64,000 nucleotides of DNA from Candidatus Hydrogenedentota bacterium (GTDB lineage: Bacteria; Hydrogenedentota; Hydrogenedentia; Hydrogenedentales; SLHB01): positions 32,001 to 96,000 of the forward strand of contig CAXXTH010000009.1 of NCBI GenBank assembly GCA_963668025.2, written 5' to 3'. The number at the start of each line of letters is the position of its first letter. Within the stretch, counting starts at the first letter, position 1. The notes under the pieces are model-generated. The model did not search any database, was not told the origin of the DNA, and worked only from the letters and a program-made list of their open reading frames with translations. Shown here one piece after another: positions 58,538-64,000 of the stretch. Made by a program: the position numbers and the translations under genes.

Positions 58538-60871
58538 CTATCGCGCGTGTTTGGTGCGGGCAATCACGTGATCTTGAAGGTCTTTCGTTAACAGCTTGAA
58601 CATTTGTGAGTAGCCAGCAACGCGTACAGGAATATTCCCGAATCGCTCCGGATCTTCCTGCGCCTTCAGCAACCGGCCGGCCGTCGTGACGTTCATCTGG
58701 AGCTGGCCTACGCCCATCCGCATCGCGGTCCGGATGATTTGGGCAAGACGTTTGACGCCATCAGCGCCCTCGATGAGCTTCGGATCGACGTCAACAATGG
58801 CGGCGGACGCGCCTGCGGCGTGGCGATGCGGCATTTTAGCCAGCGACCGCAGCATTGCGGTGATCCCTTCCTGGTCACGCCCCTGATGTGCGGACAGGGA
58901 GTAGGCTAATGGCTCGCCAGCATGGCGGCCATCGGGCGTGGCCCCTGTTAGCTTGCCATAATCGATGTTGCACAGGAACGTGAACAGGTGGACGAAATAG
59001 CGCCCGCCCAATGGACTCCTCTCCGTATCCATGAGGCGGATGAAGTCCATTGCCACGTTGGCGGCAATGCTGTCTACCTCATCAATATCGTTGCCGTACT
59101 TGGGGGCGCGATTCAGCAATTGTTGGCGAAGAGGCTCATGATCTTCAAAGTTATCTTCGAGGGCGGATAAGATTTCCTGGCTCGAAACCGATTTTTCTTC
59201 GAAGACAAGGCGTTTGAGGGCACACAGCGAATCCGCCGTGTCCGCGGCGCCGAGGAAACAGACGGAATGATAATTGTAGATGGCGCCGCCGTCGGTAATG
59301 TCTCTTCCGCGGTTGATACAATCGCCAGTCAGCGTTGACAAATACGGCAAAGGACCGGCCTCGCGCTGCGCGAGTTCGCCGCGATTGCAGTGGTAGACCA
59401 TGGCCTGCGCGAAATGCTCGACTTGGCGGGAGTAAGCCCCGTACAACGCTTCATAGCTATCATAATCGGTCAATCGTCCGGTTTTCGGCCCGAGTTGTTC
59501 CCCTGTGTGGGGATCCTTTCCGTCAAACAGCGCGAGTTCGAGGCATTTTAGCGAATTGAACCAGCCTGATACGGCGTGCGGATTGGCGCGCCCAGGAATC
59601 GTCAACTCGATGCAGCCGATAGGGGCATAGCCGCGTGCGTCTTCCAGCGCGATGCCCCGCTCGGTCAGCGCGGGGATGAAACAGTCGTCATTGAAGAAGA
59701 ATGGAATGCCGCCGCCTCGCGCAACAAGCCCGGCCGCCTGCTCAACCAGGCCGGCGGGGCTCCCGGAATGCAACCGGACCGATACATCGCGCACGAATCC
59801 CACGTTATGTGTTGCATCCATGATGGCGTACGTCATTTCATTGGTGGCGTCTTGCCCGTCCCGGTCCTGTCCGCCAAGCGTGATAGCCTGTACGTCATAG
59901 TCCAGATACAGCTTGCAGGCCAGCTCTTCCATCAGTTCGACGGCGCCAGCACGTGTAGTTTCACCTTTGGCGAGATCTTGCTCATAGTAGGGGCCAAGGA
60001 TCTGATCGAGGCGTCCGATGGAGTTTGCGTTAATATAGTCTTCACCACAGGTGAGAATGTGCGCCAGCCAGAGTGACTGGACGGCCTCGAACAGATTCCG
60101 CGCGCCTTGGGCGGGAACATGGCGGCATGTTTTGGCCATCCGGGCCAGCCTTGCGCGTTCCTCGTCAGACTCCGCCCGGGACGCGAGGGTCTCCGCCAGG
60201 TCGGCGTACCGATTCCCGAGCAGGCATCCCGCCTCACATATGGCAAGGGCCGCGTTCCAGAAATTCTCCTGTTGCGGATACTCTGGGTCGGAAAGAACAG
60301 ATGCGTTACGCTTGTCCAGTATTTCCTGTTGAATCCCTTTGAAGCCTTTCGCAAGAACCTTGGCGTAATCACGGATCGAATGATTCTCGACCCAGCCCCA
60401 TGCATGGAAAACGCTGTCAACGTGTGGCGCCGATTCATCCGGCATGCCTATCTCGAAGGTATGCTCCCGAAGCCGGTTGAATCGTGTGAACGACTCCCGT
60501 GCGGCTGGTATTTCCTCATTTGATAGGCCGAGTGAGGTTATCTGCTCCAATAGCGCCTCGGCATCCGGCCTCGCAAAGCCGAAACCGTAGCCGGAAAAAT
60601 GCTCTCCCGCCAGCCGCCAGCCGGGGTAAATCTCAATGGCCGATATCTGGACCAGTTCGAGCAAGAGGTGGGCGCGCCACTGCACAACGGAAACCCCAGG
60701 CCGGTCCGTGCGCCATAAGGCAACATCGCGCTCAAAGGGATTGGCCCCCGGAATCCAGGAGCCTTTCCTGAGCATCACATCCGAACGTAACGAAGCCATC
60801 CGGGGAGCCAGATGTGCGGACAACTCGCCCACACCGGTCTCGTCTTGTATCGCTCTCACATTCGCCGACAT
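58538..60871 (-). CDS. Glycyl-radical enzyme, non-PFL type, substrate unknown
   Basis: IGRLDQ, PIGCIE single-Cys loop, APKYGND, GATPDGR, C-terminal VRVAGYS; start placed at MSANV. Confidence 0.92.
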   Translation of the reverse strand: MSANVRAIQDETGVGELSAHLAPRMASLRSDVMLRKGSWIPGANPFERDVALWRTDRPGVSVVQWRAHLLLELVQISAIEIYPGWRLAGEHFSGYGFGFARPDAEALLEQITSLGLSNEEIPAARESFTRFNRLREHTFEIGMPDESAPHVDSVFHAWGWVENHSIRDYAKVLAKGFKGIQQEILDKRNASVLSDPEYPQQENFWNAALAICEAGCLLGNRYADLAETLASRAESDEERARLARMAKTCRHVPAQGARNLFEAVQSLWLAHILTCGEDYINANSIGRLDQILGPYYEQDLAKGETTRAGAVELMEELACKLYLDYDVQAITLGGQDRDGQDATNEMTYAIMDATHNVGFVRDVSVRLHSGSPAGLVEQAAGLVARGGGIPFFFNDDCFIPALTERGIALEDARGYAPIGCIELTIPGRANPHAVSGWFNSLKCLELALFDGKDPHTGEQLGPKTGRLTDYDSYEALYGAYSRQVEHFAQAMVYHCNRGELAQREAGPLPYLSTLTGDCINRGRDITDGGAIYNYHSVCFLGAADTADSLCALKRLVFEEKSVSSQEILSALEDNFEDHEPLRQQLLNRAPKYGNDIDEVDSIAANVAMDFIRLMDTERSPLGGRYFVHLFTFLCNIDYGKLTGATPDGRHAGEPLAYSLSAHQGRDQEGITAMLRSLAKMPHRHAAGASAAIVDVDPKLIEGADGVKRLAQIIRTAMRMGVGQLQMNVTTAGRLLKAQEDPERFGNIPVRVAGYSQMFKLLTKDLQDHVIARTKHAR

Positions 60872-61207
60872 TTTTTCACCCGAGCTTTCTATAATGCACC
60901 CGCCGCAGGCGCGTTTCCGGTCACTTGATGCTCCATATAAAACCGCGTCCTTTGGACGTGGCCAGAGAGCATTTGGCTCAACCAGTTTGAGTCTATCAAC
61001 ATTCTCTATACTCATGTTCTTCCGCAACACCGTGAAAAGAGCGGCCCATGAGTTGTTTCGCCAAATTATAACATAAAAAATGGTAATGTCAATGCCGCGT
61101 GGCAAGATGTGGGTGTGCGCCACCAAAAGAGTATTGATGCGTTTTACAGGGAAAACCGCCGTTCTTTTGTATATGAACATATACACCGAGCGCCTTCCCC
61201 GATAAAA

Positions 61208-61382
61208 GACGCCGCCGACAAAAGTCGTTTGGTGGTCATGAATCCATGTAATTGGAGCGTATGGACGGCCCCGCGCCTTACGAAAAATGGCGATTTACAT
61301 CCAATATTTCGCCCCCATCCGCCGCGCCTCCCTTCACCAGAACCTGTGCGCCGCATGAACGGACACTTTTGTCGGTGGCGTC
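61208..61382. mobile_element. MITE-like element, 175 bp
   Basis: 18-bp terminal inverted repeats GACGCC(G/A)CCGACAAAAGT with one mismatch, flanked by the direct repeat ATAAAA on both sides. Confidence 0.7.
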
Positions 61383-61454
61383 ATAAAAGGGTTCGTATCG
61401 CCTGTTGAGCGCTTCAAGATAGCCTGCTGTTTCTTTCACTATCCGCACGTCCCC

Positions 61455-61687
61455 TTAGCCCGCTTGAGCGGGCTCTCCTTAGCACCTGGCTTCAGCCAGG
61501 GTGGATTGTCGTGAAGCGCTTTGAAGAAGCACGCTTTAGCGTGGCTTCTCGACCCGCTTCAGCAGGCCTTTTTTCGCTAAAGCTCCCCCTTGAAGCCGCG
61601 CTAAAGCGCGCTCTTGATTGGTTGGTCCGAACTCTCCACCCTGGCTGAAGCCAGGTGCTAAGGGGGAGCCTGCTCAAAGCAGGCTGA
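61455..61687. repeat. Large palindromic element built from nested hairpins
   Basis: Arms CCTTAGCACCTGGCTTCAGCCAGGGTGGA and TCCACCCTGGCTGAAGCCAGGTGCTAAGG, with outer and inner GCxxxCTTxAGxxxGC hairpins. Confidence 0.8.
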
Positions 61688-61921
61688 TCGGAAAGCTCAA
61701 GACACTCCAAGCACACCGAAAACGGGATGACGCACGTTTGGACTGGAGCCGCTCACAACGAAAACCTCACCCTATTTCAAAGTGCTCCTACTTTCATGGC
61801 GCACACCCGCAAGATGTGAAACGCATGAACGGAAACATGCGGCCCGAGTGTGTGCATTTGCTTGCGATGGCTCCGCTAAAAGGGTCGATATCAGAAAAGT
61901 TATCCGTTTCTTCCTATCATG

Positions 61922-61950
61922 TTGACATACTTTTTTCTTTGAAGTATTAT
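61922..61950 (+). promoter_or_regulatory. Sigma70-type promoter of the Ni/Co transporter operon
   Basis: TTGACA-N17-TATTAT. Confidence 0.65.
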
Positions 61951-62024
61951 TTTCGTATGAGTAAAAAGAAAATTGTATGTAACAAGGCCAGCTAGTTGCA
62001 GGAAGGCCGGGGAGGGTTCCAGTT

Positions 62025-63071
62025 ATGCATATGGCGGATGCGTTGTTATCTCCTGCCGTGGGAGGAGTGATGTGGGCGGCTACGGCTGCGACAACGATAT
62101 ATTGCGCGCGCAAGGTGCATTGCACGCTCGATGAGCGCCGTGTGCCCATGATGGGCGTGCTAGGCGCATTCATTTTCGCGGCGCAAATGATCAATTTCAC
62201 GATTCCGGGAACCGGCTCGAGCGGCCACTTGGGCGGCGGTTTGTTGCTGGCCATCTTGCTAGGGCCTCATGCGGCTTTTCTCACCATCGCCAGCGTGCTG
62301 ACGGTGCAGGCCTTGTTCTTTGCGGATGGCGGCCTCTTGGCGCTTGGGTGCAACGTCTTTAATCTAGGTTTCTTCCCATGTTTCATCGCCTATCCACTGA
62401 TTTATCGTCCGCTGGCTGGCGCATCGTTGAATCCGAGCCGCATATCTGCTGCCGCCTCAGTAGCGGCCGTGGCCGGGTTGCTGATGGGTGCGTTCGGAGT
62501 GGTGCTCGAAACGACGGCTTCGGGTGTTTCAGAACTGCCCTTCGGTAAATTTGTGCTGCTTATGCTGCCTATCCACTTCGCCATTGGCATTGTGGAGGGG
62601 CTTGTAACGGCGGCTGTCGCTAATTTTGTGTGGAAGGCGAGGCCGGAAGTGCTCGAAACGGCGGCGGAATCGAAGCCATTGGGCCAGGCCGCCATGGGCA
62701 AAGTGATGGCTATGCTTTTGCTGGCGGCTGTCGTGACGGGCGGAGCGCTTTCCTGGTTCGCATCGGCTTATCCGGATGGGCTCGAGTGGTCCATGTTCCG
62801 CACCTCGGGCAAGGAAGAACTCGATGCTCCCGTGAATCCAGTCTTCGCCGCGGCGGAGTCCATTCAAGAAAAAACCGCTTTCATGCCCGATTACGGCTTT
62901 AAGGAAACGGAAGAAACAGCAACCGACGAAACGCCGGCTGCAACCGAGAACGCGGAAGCATGGCCAGCGGTTTCAGCGGGCACCTCCATCGCCGGGTTTG
63001 TCGGCGGCGCTATTACGCTTGCGCTTGCGGGATTGATTGGAATGGTGCTGCGCATGCGGCCAGCGATGTAA
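62025..63071 (+). CDS. ECF-type Ni/Co transporter S component CbiM/NikM fused to a PDGLE domain
   Basis: N-terminal MH metal-binding motif, QMINFTIPGTGSSGHLGG, QALFFADGG, ASAYPDGLEW. Confidence 0.92.
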   Translation: MHMADALLSPAVGGVMWAATAATTIYCARKVHCTLDERRVPMMGVLGAFIFAAQMINFTIPGTGSSGHLGGGLLLAILLGPHAAFLTIASVLTVQALFFADGGLLALGCNVFNLGFFPCFIAYPLIYRPLAGASLNPSRISAAASVAAVAGLLMGAFGVVLETTASGVSELPFGKFVLLMLPIHFAIGIVEGLVTAAVANFVWKARPEVLETAAESKPLGQAAMGKVMAMLLLAAVVTGGALSWFASAYPDGLEWSMFRTSGKEELDAPVNPVFAAAESIQEKTAFMPDYGFKETEETATDETPAATENAEAWPAVSAGTSIAGFVGGAITLALAGLIGMVLRMRPAM

Positions 63072-63147
63072 TCAAGCTACTGTGTTTGCGGCTTAGGCGC
63101 AATATCATTGCAAGCCTTGCCGCATGGGGAAACGAGAGTATATGCTG

Positions 63148-63179
63148 GGGGAGCTTCTTCCGACGAAAAGAGGCTCCCC
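63148..63179 (+). terminator. Intercistronic hairpin
   Basis: GGGGAGCTTCTT-N8-AAGAGGCTCCCC followed by TT. Confidence 0.45.
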
Positions 63180-63198
63180 TTAACGGTATTTAGGCGCT

Positions 63199-64000
63199 AT
63201 GCAATTTGACGCCGCACATATGGACCTTGGACGTTTGGACCGGCTCGCGACGATGGATTCGCCCGTGCATCGTCTGGATCCCCGCGCCAAGCTGGCCACG
63301 ACGCTGGTGTTTGTGGCGGTGGTGGTCTCATTCGCGCCTAATCAATTGGCCGCGTTGATGCCCATGGCGTTATTTCCCATTGCTCTGCTTGCCATGGGAC
63401 GCCTCCCCACGGGATTCCTCTTCCGGAAAGTGCTGTTTGTATCGCCATTCGCGATCATGATTGGCCTGTTTAATCCGATAATAGATCGGCATACGGTGCT
63501 GGAGATATGCGGGCTTCCCATCTCCGGCGGATGGATTTCATTTTCCTCCATCCTCGCCCGTTTCGTGCTGACCGTGCTGGCGGCGCTGGTTTTAATCGCT
63601 TGTACGGGGTTCGACGCCGTCTGTATGGCCTTGCGCCGCTTGCATGCGCCGCAGGCTTTCACTACGCAGCTCATGCTGCTCTACCGCTATTTGTTCGTTT
63701 TGATGGAGGAGACGGGGCGGCTGCTCCGCGCCTACGCGATGCGCGCGCCGCAAGGCAGCGGCATAGGTTGGAAGGCGTATGCCTCGCTGGCGGGCCTATT
63801 GCTGCTGCGCACCCTCGATCGCGCCCAGCGCATCCATGCCGCCATGCTTTGCCGGGGATTCTCTGGCGAGATCCATATGGTGCGCCGCTTGCGTTTGCGC
63901 GCCTCCGATTATGCGTTCTTTCTGTTTTGGACGGCGTATTTTCTGCTGGCGCGGCTGTATAATCTGCCTCAGCGCGCGGGCGAACTGGCGATAGGATTGT
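63199..64000 (+). CDS. cbiQ: ECF transporter T component CbiQ/NikQ (runs off the window)
   Basis: SPVHRLDPRAKL, LLYRYLFVL, RAQRIHAAMLCRGF; follows the CbiM/NikM gene. Confidence 0.9.
   Translation, partial: MQFDAAHMDLGRLDRLATMDSPVHRLDPRAKLATTLVFVAVVVSFAPNQLAALMPMALFPIALLAMGRLPTGFLFRKVLFVSPFAIMIGLFNPIIDRHTVLEICGLPISGGWISFSSILARFVLTVLAALVLIACTGFDAVCMALRRLHAPQAFTTQLMLLYRYLFVLMEETGRLLRAYAMRAPQGSGIGWKAYASLAGLLLLRTLDRAQRIHAAMLCRGFSGEIHMVRRLRLRASDYAFFLFWTAYFLLARLYNLPQRAGELAIGL

Noticed and set aside
58538-61186. Calling the GRE pyruvate formate-lyase, and its 105-aa N-terminal extension
   Set aside because: It lacks the PFL Cys-Cys pair and has a ferredoxin-insert activase; the extension reads as AT-rich intergenic sequence.

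Overview
GC-rich bacterial chromosomal window, tentatively Planctomycetota/Ca. Hydrogenedentota-like (inferred from gene style only). In order: partial catalase with a PerR-like regulator; two tandem membrane-anchored ECF sigma factors with long extracytoplasmic tails; HD-GYP; ExbB-like; ftsH-folP-glmM-pdxJ; Fic protein; ankyrin protein; Ser/Thr kinase; NfeD-flotillin; MFS; M32 and M16 peptidases; methyltransferase plus TMTC-like TPR protein; cydAB; cold-shock protein; PBP1A; VanZ; an IS4-superfamily/IS701-like element; a carbohydrate locus (SGNH hydrolase, ceramidase-like protein, GH38, fused SBP-permease ABC) converging on a non-PFL glycyl-radical enzyme and its activase; and a Ni/Co ECF transporter. 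The most notable items are (i) the IS, in which an AbrB/MazE-like ORF with its own promoter and a perfect 26-bp palindrome joins the DDE transposase frame through an A9 slippery tract, (ii) the duplicated ECF fusions with a GspG-like C-terminus and a possible internal start, (iii) the unassigned glycyl-radical enzyme beside a sugar-uptake locus, and (iv) a dense, nested set of intergenic REP/MITE-like repeats. I saw no CRISPR array, rRNA or tRNA. All calls come from reading motifs by eye; no database search was run.
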